Below, piece by piece: positions 9,235 through 18,928 of a stretch of DNA of 32,000 bases; within the stretch, counting starts at the first letter, position 1, and every line of letters begins with the position of its first letter. Below the pieces are notes generated by a model. The model saw only the letters and a list, made by a program, of their open reading frames with translations, ran no database searches and was not told the DNA's origin. Origin of the DNA: Haloquadratum walsbyi C23 (GTDB lineage: Archaea > Halobacteriota > Halobacteria > Halobacteriales > Haloferacaceae); contig NC_017457.1 in the NCBI RefSeq assembly GCF_000237865.1, positions 1 to 32,000 on the forward strand, given 5' to 3'. The translations under genes were made by a program, and so were the position numbers.

Positions 9235-10104
9235 ATGAGGAGCAAAATGTCCGGTTGGCAAGAGTATAGACTGGCTTTGATTGATATCCTTATATTACTG
9301 ATAATTCCAGTGGTGATCGCAACTATTCACTTTTTTCTGTCAGATGCTATGTATAATCAGTTACTATTCACCTACGGGGATGCTAGCATAATCACCATTT
9401 GGACAACAGTCGTCCTACACACATCAAACGCACATCTCACCTCAAACCTGCTTGGGTACGTAGTCGCAATCGGATTCGTATACTCCCTGTATCGGGCAGA
9501 AATACGTGACCGACAGCGCTTCTGGATCACTGTGGCTACTCTACTTCTCGTCGTACCACCGATTACGAAGTTCGTTGACTACGTAATGCTGTATCAGCAT
9601 GCTGGGTTGCTAGCTGACGAGGCAACATCAAGAGGCTTCTCGGGAATTGTAAGTGCGTTTGGCGGAATGCTTCTTGCTACAATAGGACACTTTATTGCTG
9701 GCGAGTATGGGAAAGAGGCAGGTGTACAAGTAGTATTACTAATTTTTCTGATTGGGTTAGGTCTCCTCATGGCTGCTAATGGGATCCTCACACTAGAAGT
9801 CGCTGGAGCTATCATTATTGCTCTTGCATTAGGAAGTACCCTATTCGTTTCAAGAACCGATCTCCAGCAGCCAGGTCACCTCCGATATCGCATAACTGAT
9901 AATCGCAAGAACCTTGCTCAGATCGTCGGGTATGGAGCTGTTGTTTGTCTTTTTTTATATAGCATTATTCCGATCAATCCTGTACAATCTGGGATCTTCG
10001 TTAACGTCCTTGCACACGCCGTTGGCTTCTTTAGTGGTGTTGGAACACAAGCCATAATTTCCTATATGTATGTGTCAAGTAATGTTACTAGGATTAGTGT
10101 TTAG
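9235..10104 (+). CDS. Rhomboid-family intramembrane serine protease
   Basis: Polytopic membrane protein carrying three rhomboid signatures. These are WTTVVLHTSNAHLTSNLLGY (H-x4-H-x3-N), GFSGIVSAFGG (GxSG catalytic Ser) and AHAVGFFSGVG (catalytic His helix). Confidence 0.75.
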   Translation: MRSKMSGWQEYRLALIDILILLIIPVVIATIHFFLSDAMYNQLLFTYGDASIITIWTTVVLHTSNAHLTSNLLGYVVAIGFVYSLYRAEIRDRQRFWITVATLLLVVPPITKFVDYVMLYQHAGLLADEATSRGFSGIVSAFGGMLLATIGHFIAGEYGKEAGVQVVLLIFLIGLGLLMAANGILTLEVAGAIIIALALGSTLFVSRTDLQQPGHLRYRITDNRKNLAQIVGYGAVVCLFLYSIIPINPVQSGIFVNVLAHAVGFFSGVGTQAIISYMYVSSNVTRISV

Positions 10105-10151
10105 CTATATTCCAAAGTGGTTAGGATCTGTCTTTACACGTATAATATAAT

Positions 10152-10556
10152 TTATTCTTCAAACTTCATTCCGTATCCCCACTCCTCAAGTTGTGCCTCC
10201 ACTTCGTTGAGATGATTGAGTCCGACTAATGCTATTGCCTCTCGAAGATCTGTCAGCGATACGTCTCCGTCAAAGCGATCTTCGAGTTCTCGTTGTGCAT
10301 CACGCTCGTTTCCCTTCGTCTCCTCCTGCAGGAATAACGGAACACGATTCCGACCGTCCTGAACACTATCACGCCGAAACTTGTATGGAATTCGCATTTT
10401 CTGACGCTCTTGTTTCATATGTTCGGTTACGTCAGATTGATCCTCAGTTTTATCTGGCGTCTGCTGATTACGCTCTGTACTTGACTCCGTTTCATCCAGC
10501 TCATCTGTGTCATCCGAAAACGGGTTTTCGCCGGCACCTTCTTTCATACCCGTCAT
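10152..10556 (-). CDS. Acidic ParA-associated protein (putative partition adaptor or centromere-binding partner)
   Basis: Its start overlaps the parA stop by 4 nt, implying translational coupling. 134 aa and very acidic. A decayed homolog lies at about 16385-16600. The function is inferred from position only. Confidence 0.65.
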   Translation of the reverse strand: MTGMKEGAGENPFSDDTDELDETESSTERNQQTPDKTEDQSDVTEHMKQERQKMRIPYKFRRDSVQDGRNRVPLFLQEETKGNERDAQRELEDRFDGDVSLTDLREAIALVGLNHLNEVEAQLEEWGYGMKFEE

Positions 10557-11428
10557 GCTGAGATCACCTCATGTTCGACATCCCCTGGCTCTGGTGGATT
10601 CGGTGCTTCAATATCAATTGCATCCTCTAAGTGCCGAGCAATCCGGTCGAACTGTGCTAGCGTTTCGATTTCGTAATCTCGTCGCTGTGTACGGTGTTCT
10701 CGGACGTATTGGAAGGCAGAACACTGTTGCATCCAGCAGCCTTCCATTAATGAGGCTCTTTCACCAATCACTTCAGGAATATCATAGGTAATCTCTGTGA
10801 GAATCTGCTTCTGATCACGCGTATTCTTGAATCTGATTGGGATTGCTGCGAGGACACCAACTTCGATATCCAACTGTGACTCGAACCCAGCAACGAGCGA
10901 TTCCAGTCCTTCAACTGCAGCTCGTCCTTTTGCACTCGGTTCGACAGGAATCACGAGTGAACGAGTCGCATTGATTGCATTATAGAGATGTGGTCCTTCC
11001 GTTGCAGGCGGGTCACAGATCAAGACATCATACTGATCTGGTACCCCTGCTTTGCGAAGGACGCGTAAAAGCTGGGAATGCATCCCGAATGCTTCACCCA
11101 TTGCTTCCGCTTGCTCTTTCTCACGCTGAAGATACTCCGCAAGGTCGGAGAGCATGTTATGCTCTGGAATGATGTCAACCCCCTCAACCGTTCGAATCAG
11201 ATTGCCAAACTCGCCTTTTGAACGACGGATCATGTGGCGAACCACGTTGTCGACTGACTCTGTTCGGTCAGTATCAACACCAAACAGCCGTGATAGATCT
11301 CCGTCCTGTGGATCAAGTGGGACGACGAGCGGTTTTAATCCGGCACGAGCATGTGCAACAGCTAGATTTGCCGCCGTTGTGGTCTTTCCTACCCCACCTG
11401 CCTCGCTGTATGTCGAGTATGCCAACAT
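10553..11428 (-). CDS. parA: ParA/Soj-family partition ATPase
   Basis: Deviant Walker A SEAGGVGKTTTAANLA immediately follows MLAYSTY. Also present are the Walker A' VVPLDPQGD and Walker B DVLICDPPA. I placed the start at ATG 11428, because the extra 28 codons of the track ORF (to 11512) run into the iteron array. Confidence 0.9.
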   Translation of the reverse strand: MLAYSTYSEAGGVGKTTTAANLAVAHARAGLKPLVVPLDPQDGDLSRLFGVDTDRTESVDNVVRHMIRRSKGEFGNLIRTVEGVDIIPEHNMLSDLAEYLQREKEQAEAMGEAFGMHSQLLRVLRKAGVPDQYDVLICDPPATEGPHLYNAINATRSLVIPVEPSAKGRAAVEGLESLVAGFESQLDIEVGVLAAIPIRFKNTRDQKQILTEITYDIPEVIGERASLMEGCWMQQCSAFQYVREHRTQRRDYEIETLAQFDRIARHLEDAIDIEAPNPPEPGDVEHEVISA

Positions 11429-11477
11429 ACGTGAGTAATATATGACCACTGTATTGAAACTTCGCCAGACGATTTCA

Positions 11478-11590
11478 TGAATACACTTCATGAATGTATG
11501 TGGTGAACACAACTAGTGAACATATGCAATGAATACACATCATGAACATGCTGAACAAATGTAGTGAACACAACTAATGAACAACGTAGC
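11478..11590. repeat. Array of nine TGAAYA-initiated iterons with 13-bp periodicity (candidate partition centromere or operator)
   Basis: TGAA starts at 11478, 11491, 11504, 11517, 11530, 11543, 11552, 11565 and 11578. Spacing is 13 bp except for one 9-bp unit. The unit TGAACACAACTA occurs twice (11504, 11565). The array lies about 50 bp upstream of parA. Confidence 0.7.
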
Positions 11591-12543
11591 ATATCAGACA
11601 GATTTGGTAGTAAACCAACATGAGGTAACTTACACGCTCCGTCCTACAGTTAGATCATCGACGGCTAATTGCAACTCCCGATCATACGTGTTTCCACCTC
11701 TAACGGGGCAGTATGTTTCTCCTCAACGTATTTGAGATTAGTCATACATACTCCAAATAATAAATCCTGGCTTAGATTTGCTATATTCCGTTCTGGGTCG
11801 CACTCTGATCACTGCAGGGCAGCTGCCGACGTGACGACTTTATTTGAAATTAAATTGATACCCCTCTTCAAGTCTGCAAATAATCACGATGGTGAATTTG
11901 AGAAATATTGGCAATCCTTCGTGATAAAAAATCGATTATTTCACTGGTTTCGATCAGAGATCACGGTATCTCTCCGAGAATCATCGCCTCACCTGTATAT
12001 GTCATGTCTTCAATAAATACTTATATTGGTTTTTTGAATCATCTTATATCAATTCTACTATACTTCTCAGCGTCGATGGCACTAGCACGGGCCCGATTAC
12101 TGCATAGATGCGCATGACAAGCCAATCGACTCAAAACAACTCCGATAGCCGAAACACCACTAGCAGTAATATAATTGCAGACTGCAGAGAACCGATTGCC
12201 CGTAAAATAGCGGGTCCGTTAGTGAGAGTCTTTTCGATACCATCCATTAAAATATCATAATCTGACTCTATTCAAAAATCGTTCGTCAGCGCTGATCTAC
12301 TGAAACATAATTTACTTGACTCCGATACCAAGGAGAAGGTCAGCTTAGTGACGGCGGTCTGCATAGTCATTACATATGCAGTCCGTATGGCATCTCAGTT
12401 CTGATGCTTTTGATATCTAAAACTACGAGGAAAGCTGACCCGAATATGATTTCATTTGCATGAAATGCGATGTTTAGCATTCATTCAAATAACCACTAGA
12501 TATTAACATGAAGGCAGTATAATTGACTATCAGATAATTGAGC

Positions 12544-15500
12544 ATGTCATTAAAAACCAGAATATCTGAGATGAGTGACACTGGTAAATTCGAAAATCTC
12601 GCAACTGAAGTCCTACGGAGGAGCGATCAAAAATATGAGGCTGTTATTCAGACCGGTATCAATACAGAGGGTAAGCCAATTAATGATCCTGTAGATGGGC
12701 TAGGGCAGGTTCTCGACGCGGATCCACCACATTATATATTTTTAGAATTTACTACAACTCAAAAATCAAACTTAGAGAAAAAATGGCTTGCTAATCCAGA
12801 CGCAGGAGATAATGATCCTAGGGGAGATTTGATTAAAGCTGCTGATAAATCAGATAAGATTCGTGAAAATATTCCCAATGCAGAGTTTACAGCAGTTTTA
12901 GTCTCAAACCGTGTATTAAATAGTGAACTGATGCAAGATGTTTATCATACTGTTAATCGTCGTGACATTTCTGTTGATATCTGGGACGTCCACCGTATTA
13001 GCGAATTTCTCCAGAATGATCCGGATGGACAATATATCTGTGAAGAATATTTTGATATCGATGAAAAACGGCTCTCTGAGCCGCTTCTGCTAGAACTATC
13101 AGAGGATAGTCTCAATTCATATAAACAGAGTTTTCATACCTCTGTCGGCGGTGTAAAGATAGAGCGTCCGGAACTATCAGAAATACTTTATAATGCCCGT
13201 AGCTCCGGTGTTGGAAGCCACTTCGTCCCCATAGTTGGCAATTCTGGATTCGGAAAAAGCGTTATTTCCTATCAGGCGCTGAAACGCTGGAGAGCAAATC
13301 AAAAGCCAGCACTGAGGCTTGATTCAGAAGATATTAAACATTCAAAATCTTTAGCTCAGGCAATTAAATCGGGACTTACGCGTTTAAACTCGAGTCTAGA
13401 GCATACACCAGGTCAAAAGGCACTACAACTCGCCGAGGAAAATTCACAGCTTTTGATTGTAGTCGATGATCTCAACCGTGCAAATAATCCGTCTCGTCTG
13501 CTGGCAAAACTACAAAACTGGATGGAGGGATTGAATAACACCACAGATGAATCCAAGAATGGGCATAAATCCGGTTCAGGTAGATTGCCAATTACCATTC
13601 TATGCCCATTTTGGCCCCGAATTTGGAGCAAACAAAAGCGTAAGATGACTGGAAATGAGTTCGCTGAGCCCATCGAACTTGAGGCGCTTTCCGCTGAGAA
13701 CGCAGGTGAGCTTATACAGCTACACGCAAACGAGCATGGACACGATTTTTCGGATGAGGAAGCTCGTAATCTTGCAGAGGAAGTGGGTCGAGATCCACAT
13801 TTGATCGGTTTACTCGGTCAACTTATGTGCAGTAAAGAAACTATTGATAATCTACCAGACACTTCGAAAGAGGTTCTTAGTGAGTATTCTGAATACGCTT
13901 TTGAGATGGCGAGTGAAAATTTAAATGAATCATTAATCGTTGGAGACTATGAGCGAGCTGTTGAAGAGTTGTCCCATAATATAATGAAGGCTAAAAATTT
14001 AAACCCGGAATGGAGAGATATACAAGATTGGTCATGGTCTAGCCAACGAATTTTAGATGGGATTCGAAACTTATCTGAGCAAGAGCAACTGTTTGCAATT
14101 CTGAAACAAAGAGAAGAGAGAGTCCTGTCCTTTCGTCATGACCGAATTCGTGACTTTCTGCTCGCTGACGCCGGCATCGAACAAATGGACCGAGATAGTA
14201 CCACGCATACCTACCTAAACGACCCGTATTATTACTCAATTCTTGGGACTGCAATCGCATATTTCCGACCATCTGAGACTATCCTTTCACAACTGCGGAA
14301 AAGCAACCCTCTTTCGCTCATCGAAGCGATCAGTAGGCTCAATGGAGATTTTCCAGAATATGAGCAGAAGGTAGCCGCAGAGTTTCAACGGTGGCTAGAT
14401 GACCAGGGAGGACACACAGAGATTCTTAATAGTATACTTGATGAAACAATGGATATTCTTTATCAAACAGACTCAGAACAAGTTCTTGAACTAGCTGAGT
14501 CATTACCACAGTTTCCGATAGTTCTGCTGGCAAGGTTCAGGAATGGTGACTTGAAGGCAGGAATACAATATTGTAAAAGTAACTATGGGTCACCGAATGT
14601 AAATAACTCCCGGCGAGATTCTGTATTCGACGATGTGATGCATCAAGGGGGCTATGCATATATAGACAAACTTTCCGAGATTCTCTCGTCAGTAGATGCT
14701 GAGCATGTTGAAGCAACACTTCGTCTCGCTGGTTTTGTTGCTCAAACTGAGTTAGAGCAAGGTATCAGGGAATGTTGGAAGCGTCACGGAGAAAATCCGG
14801 AGTTTCTGTCGGGATTTCTATGGGCGAGCTTCCAGTGTTGCATCCCCGAACATAGCAGCCTCGTCGATCAGGTAATCACTCGATGGAAGTCACTACCGAG
14901 TGGGAGTGATATTGGTGACGAAAACGTCGAAATCGCCACTGGTGATGTTTATAGAGAAGTAAAACACTCTCTCAGGCGGGATATATCTGAAGACCAAGTA
15001 GAATATCTGATTAAAACAGTAGAGGAATCCTCGGATATGGAACGCTATCTCGTGTCTATTCTGAGTGAGGTTCCCGACTCGAAAGCACTGGAACTCGTGG
15101 TAAAGGAGCGAGGTGAAAATATGAGGAAAACAGATGGAATATCCCCGTGGGCAACGACACTCCTAGATCCTTGGAGTCCTAGAAACCTAGGTGGTCAGGC
15201 TCTTCCTGCTAAGATAAAAAGACGAATGAAAGAGATCTGGACGGATAACAACAATGCCGACCGAACTCGAACTAGTGCGTTTCAATTGTGGGCCAAAAAT
15301 ACAGCAGAGGGTGACATCGAGGAATTGAAACGTGCGAGTGAGAATAATTTATTCGAATACCGAGCATATTATGAACGGCTGAGGTTAGCTGATAAAACGG
15401 TTATAGACTCTTCATCAGTTAATTTCGTTGAAAAATCCAGTCTAATTAATGTTTTATCGAACGCTTGGGGGGCAGAAGCCCATAGGTTGGTTGATGACCT

Positions 15501-16245
15501 TCTTAATCAATATTTCCCAGACGATCCAGAGAGTTTATCTTATGACTTAGGTAATCTTTTGTTCGATATCCCACGAGAAAGTGCAGAGAAAATCTTAGAT
15601 CGGCATTGGGAGAAGGTCAACACCAATTCTGAATTTTTCCAAGCAGCACTGTACATTGGAACATCCCAAACCAGAAAACTGGCTGAGGAAGCGTATGGAG
15701 ACAGTGATGATCCAGGAAATCTGCTGAATCATATTGGTACAAACTTTGGGTTTAAAACTACCGGGCGATCTCAGCTGATTTCGAAACGGCAGCTTGTTTC
15801 TATCGAACCGTATCTGTGTGATATCTCTGACGTAGATTTGGTGTCAATTACGAAGAAGGCTTACGAATTAGATATGGAAGATTGGGTCACTGACCACGTG
15901 TATCCACATTTGACAGATAACCAACGACAAAGGTACTTTCCTGATGATAGTGATCTTTTAGAAGAGCTAAGTGAGATTGAAACCACAGAGAACAAAGATG
16001 TTATTGGCTGGATGATGAGATTCGATGACCGTTTCATATCAAAATCCCGTATTTGGCGAGTACTGGAGGGGTGGTTACAAAATGATCCGACGGTCGATAG
16101 GTATAGAATGTCCGTTCAGATAATCAAGAACTATGGGACACGAGAGAATCTCGACATATTGAACGATGTTTTGCTTGATTCTGACATAGCACAGCAGTTG
16201 CACAAGGATGCGGAATTCAGAGTAAAGGTTCGATCCCTAGATTGA
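12544..16245 (+). CDS. Large Mrr-like nuclease + P-loop NTPase + helical-repeat protein (Avs/STAND-like architecture)
   Basis: The N-terminus FENLATEVLRR...YEAVIQTG...DPVDGLG...YIFLEFTTTQK resembles the Mrr restriction-endonuclease catalytic domain. Walker A is VGNSGFGKS (13237-13260) and Walker B is LLIVVDDL (13450-13473). About 800 aa of helical, repeat-like C-terminus follow. I used ATG 12544; TTG 12538 is the alternative. Confidence 0.8.
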   Translation: MSLKTRISEMSDTGKFENLATEVLRRSDQKYEAVIQTGINTEGKPINDPVDGLGQVLDADPPHYIFLEFTTTQKSNLEKKWLANPDAGDNDPRGDLIKAADKSDKIRENIPNAEFTAVLVSNRVLNSELMQDVYHTVNRRDISVDIWDVHRISEFLQNDPDGQYICEEYFDIDEKRLSEPLLLELSEDSLNSYKQSFHTSVGGVKIERPELSEILYNARSSGVGSHFVPIVGNSGFGKSVISYQALKRWRANQKPALRLDSEDIKHSKSLAQAIKSGLTRLNSSLEHTPGQKALQLAEENSQLLIVVDDLNRANNPSRLLAKLQNWMEGLNNTTDESKNGHKSGSGRLPITILCPFWPRIWSKQKRKMTGNEFAEPIELEALSAENAGELIQLHANEHGHDFSDEEARNLAEEVGRDPHLIGLLGQLMCSKETIDNLPDTSKEVLSEYSEYAFEMASENLNESLIVGDYERAVEELSHNIMKAKNLNPEWRDIQDWSWSSQRILDGIRNLSEQEQLFAILKQREERVLSFRHDRIRDFLLADAGIEQMDRDSTTHTYLNDPYYYSILGTAIAYFRPSETILSQLRKSNPLSLIEAISRLNGDFPEYEQKVAAEFQRWLDDQGGHTEILNSILDETMDILYQTDSEQVLELAESLPQFPIVLLARFRNGDLKAGIQYCKSNYGSPNVNNSRRDSVFDDVMHQGGYAYIDKLSEILSSVDAEHVEATLRLAGFVAQTELEQGIRECWKRHGENPEFLSGFLWASFQCCIPEHSSLVDQVITRWKSLPSGSDIGDENVEIATGDVYREVKHSLRRDISEDQVEYLIKTVEESSDMERYLVSILSEVPDSKALELVVKERGENMRKTDGISPWATTLLDPWSPRNLGGQALPAKIKRRMKEIWTDNNNADRTRTSAFQLWAKNTAEGDIEELKRASENNLFEYRAYYERLRLADKTVIDSSSVNFVEKSSLINVLSNAWGAEAHRLVDDLLNQYFPDDPESLSYDLGNLLFDIPRESAEKILDRHWEKVNTNSEFFQAALYIGTSQTRKLAEEAYGDSDDPGNLLNHIGTNFGFKTTGRSQLISKRQLVSIEPYLCDISDVDLVSITKKAYELDMEDWVTDHVYPHLTDNQRQRYFPDDSDLLEELSEIETTENKDVIGWMMRFDDRFISKSRIWRVLEGWLQNDPTVDRYRMSVQIIKNYGTRENLDILNDVLLDSDIAQQLHKDAEFRVKVRSLD

Positions 16246-16384
16246 CTTTTTTATGTTTTGACAGTGTAAATGTCATGATTACACTCGAATATCAAAAGTG
16301 CCTTGCGCACACGAGGTGCTGATGCGTTGTTCCAAGACTTTCTTAAATATCGTAATTACAGTAGCATAATAAAAGATAATTTAT

Positions 16385-16600
16385 CTCTCAAATGTCACTC
16401 AATGTTCCACATTCTTCAAACTGCGTTTCCACTTTCTCAGGATGATTGAGTCCAACCAGTACAACTGCCTTCTCATACGAGGTATCTGAACAATGTCCTT
16501 TTTACGCTCGTGAGGAGAACATCAACGACTTCGACTCTTGGATGAAATATGAGCTTGAGCGTAAGCTTAGTGAGCGAGGTTATCAGAACATCGTCGCTCG
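16385..16600 (-). pseudogene. Decayed homolog of the ParA-associated gene (10152-10556)
   Basis: The minus-strand translation GHCSDTSYEKAVVLVGLNHPEKVETQFEECGTLSDI* aligns with DVSLTDLREAIALVGLNHLNEVEAQLEEWGYGMKFEE*. Upstream, YFIQESKS aligns with LFLQEETKG. At least two in-frame stops interrupt it. Confidence 0.55.
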
Positions 16601-16903
16601 GGAGATGACAGATGCACTTCTGCGAACTGCCGTTGAGGAAGACCTTGTCCAAGAAGTTACAAAGCGGTTTGAAGAGGCTCGATCTTCTATTTCTAAATCG
16701 AGTAAATAGCTTATGACTTCAGAACAGGACAATTTATAATTATTATAATCACCAGACGCAGTCTGAGTTGGAACTCGGACATCCGTTTGACTGATTCAAG
16801 ACATATGCTGAGATTATGTATAGCGATATATGATTTATAGAACCAATTTTTGCATTCTGATACGCTGAAAGTGTCGATATTAGGACTTTGATGATTCGAA
16901 CAA

Positions 16904-16937
16904 TTTACTGTGTTTTAGAGCGAAAAGACACAGTAAA
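16904..16937. promoter_or_regulatory. Perfect 10-bp inverted repeat TTTACTGTGT-N14-ACACAGTAAA upstream of the integrase
   Basis: Read directly from the sequence. It ends 36 bp before the integrase ATG (16974). Confidence 0.45.
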
Positions 16938-16973
16938 CTAAAGTGGGTCCCCGCCGTCCACAAATTCATTATC

Positions 16974-18110
16974 ATGATACCCGGCAAATCCACGGCTCCA
17001 AATGATGAAACCAATCTGGACGTCGCAGTCGATTCACGGATTGCTAGCCTTGATTCTGGTAACTATCGGGCGAACAACCGGGTAGTTCTCAAGACATTTT
17101 CAGAGTATCTGGACGATTATCAAGATACCACAGACCTCACAGAGCTGAGCATCATCGATTGTCGACGGTACGCTCAGCATCTACGGAAGAGAGTCCGTGA
17201 CGAAGATGATAACCTCTCAGCGGCTTCAGCCCATACAAATGGTCCATATTTCACCATCGTTCGAGCATTTCTCGGATGGTGCGTCGATGACGAACGGATC
17301 GAATCGAACCCTGCTCAACCGAATCGGGTGAAGGAAGAGCTTCCAGAATACCATGGCGATCACGACCGACAGTTTTGGTCAGTCAAGACACGAGAAGCAC
17401 TACTTGAATTTGTTGAGGATCGAACTCATGCTGCTCTGGAGGAATCAGGTGATGATAATGTCGAACGTGTATTTCGAGATCGGGCTGTCGTCACAGTGCT
17501 TGCTCTGACTGGAGCTCGAGGTGCCGAACTATTCTCGGATCCACGTGATGAACACCGGAACGGTCTCAGATGGAAAGATGTCAATCTCACGCAGGGTGTC
17601 ACCACTGTGTTCGGAAAGAATCGTAAGCGACAACAAATCCCTTTGACCAGCCGAGTCGTCGGCGCTCTTGAACAGTATAAATCGGTGCTGAATCCAGCAA
17701 GTGGAGACTGGCCACTATTCCCGACAGGTCACCACGCATCACTCACAGACGCTGCCAAGGAAGGTCTTGAATCGAAGGGGTGGAATTCTGAGGAAATTAA
17801 GACAGTGCTTGAAGAGTCGTTATCGATTGAAATACTCCACGAGTACGAAATCGCACCACCAGCACTTTCAAAAAATGGGGGGCGGTCCGTAATGAAACGA
17901 CTCTGTGAGGCAGCTGACATTGATATCGACGGAGAGTATCTCAAACCTCACGGTGGTCGACGAGGGCTCGGCAGCGATCTCTATGCTCAAGATGCAGAAC
18001 TCGCACAGGAACTTCTCCGGCATGAATCAATTGAAACAACCCACGAATCATATCGAGAGCAGAACGTCATTGAGCAGCGAGAACGTCTAGAACAGGCACT
18101 TGGTAAGTAA
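16974..18110 (+). CDS. Tyrosine recombinase / integrase (XerC/D-like, phage-integrase family)
   Basis: Box I is VLALTGARGAELF. Also present are KPHGGRRGLGSDLY (H-x-x-R), LLRHESIETT (second His) and HESY (nucleophile Tyr). The N-terminal SAM-like core-binding region includes CRRYAQHLRK. Confidence 0.9.
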   Translation: MIPGKSTAPNDETNLDVAVDSRIASLDSGNYRANNRVVLKTFSEYLDDYQDTTDLTELSIIDCRRYAQHLRKRVRDEDDNLSAASAHTNGPYFTIVRAFLGWCVDDERIESNPAQPNRVKEELPEYHGDHDRQFWSVKTREALLEFVEDRTHAALEESGDDNVERVFRDRAVVTVLALTGARGAELFSDPRDEHRNGLRWKDVNLTQGVTTVFGKNRKRQQIPLTSRVVGALEQYKSVLNPASGDWPLFPTGHHASLTDAAKEGLESKGWNSEEIKTVLEESLSIEILHEYEIAPPALSKNGGRSVMKRLCEAADIDIDGEYLKPHGGRRGLGSDLYAQDAELAQELLRHESIETTHESYREQNVIEQRERLEQALGK

Positions 18111-18270
18111 CGAACGTGTCGTGATCAATTAGATTCATTATTAACATAATAGCACTATGTGAGAAGTAAATTGACATAATCATGCCAGTAATCATTGTAG
18201 TGATTTCCAACGGTGTGATTCCCAGTCTGAAAGGACAAATATCGACTGTTGTCGGATGATGTTAAATCGA

Positions 18271-18314
18271 CCTTATGTAACAAATAATTTTCTCTATCCA
18301 ATTGTTACATAAGG
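18271..18314. promoter_or_regulatory. Palindromic element copy 2: CCTTATGTAACAA-N18-TTGTTACATAAGG
   Basis: Perfect 13-bp inverted repeat. An AT-rich TATA-like core (AATAATTTT) sits between the half-sites, and an ATG (18317) lies 2 nt after the right half-site. Confidence 0.55.
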
Positions 18315-18928
18315 TTATGAAAATCATATACTTAAGTTTTATCACACTAAAATTCACGCTTAGCCAGCACACATGTACATTAATGGCAGAACGGGACGAG
18401 CAGACTATAACAAAAATATACCAGCTTAATGTGCTCGTTAATTTATATCTCGACCACCGTTTAATAGGGAAAGATCAGTACCTATGAGCTGCTGGAGCTG
18501 ATATTATAGCACGGATATTCTATGCCTAATAGATGACAAATGACGAATTATTAGACAAATATGATTTATCAGTTTACCTTTGGTCGGTATATTACCTCAG
18601 TATAGTCAGCCGAATAATAGTATAATGATAGTACGGGTGTTATATTATTTTGTTAAATTAATCATAAATTTGATATTTTATGTGAATCGGGAGCTGTAAA
18701 ATCAGTCTCTTTTGATAATTTAGATATATCTATACTTTTATTATATCATTTATTTTTGAATCTACAGCGCCTACGGATAAATTATATTATTCATCGATGT
18801 ATGTGATTATAATTATCCACGCAGCGAAATAAGCCATGTCCGACGATTAACTATATTGATATTGTCACTTTTTATTGATGAATTCTATGTAAGCTGGATA
18901 TCGATTCTATACTTACTCCCTACGATAT

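Noticed and set aside
11478-11590. Whether the periodic array could be a CRISPR array.
   Set aside because: Units are 13 bp with no repeat/spacer alternation, the array totals about 110 bp, and there are no cas genes. It fits iterons or a centromere, not CRISPR.
11687-11705. GTTTCCACCTCTAACGGGG, which loosely resembles an archaeal ORB element with a G-string.
   Set aside because: There is only one copy and no inverted partner. It is not adjacent to the orc1/cdc6 gene, and my memory of the haloarchaeal ORB consensus is not precise enough. I did not call it an origin.
11669-12117. Two overlapping ORFs (115 and 69 aa) in the 1-kb gap between parA and the large NTPase gene.
   Set aside because: They have TTG or other weak starts and a basic, hydrophobic, Cys/His-rich composition atypical for this proteome, with no motifs. 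I treat the region as non-coding.
16446-16709. Plus-strand 87-aa ORF with a plausible-looking helical sequence.
   Set aside because: It lies antisense to the recognisable, though decayed, homolog of the ParA-associated gene, and it starts with TTG. It is most likely a shadow ORF. I kept it only as a low-probability alternative.
16740-16975. Search for a tRNA or tRNA fragment as an att site next to the integrases (also 360-660 and 18110-18300).
   Set aside because: I could find no cloverleaf-compatible GC-rich segment or T-loop (GTTCRANYC) motif by eye. Only the inverted repeats reported above are present.
18302-18487. 61-aa ORF downstream of palindrome copy 2 that begins like the 18962 ORF (MLHK.MK).
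   Set aside because: The shared N-terminus is encoded by the palindrome itself. The rest is AT-rich, hydrophobic and low-complexity. It may be a decayed paralog or a short leader, but it is not supportable as a gene.
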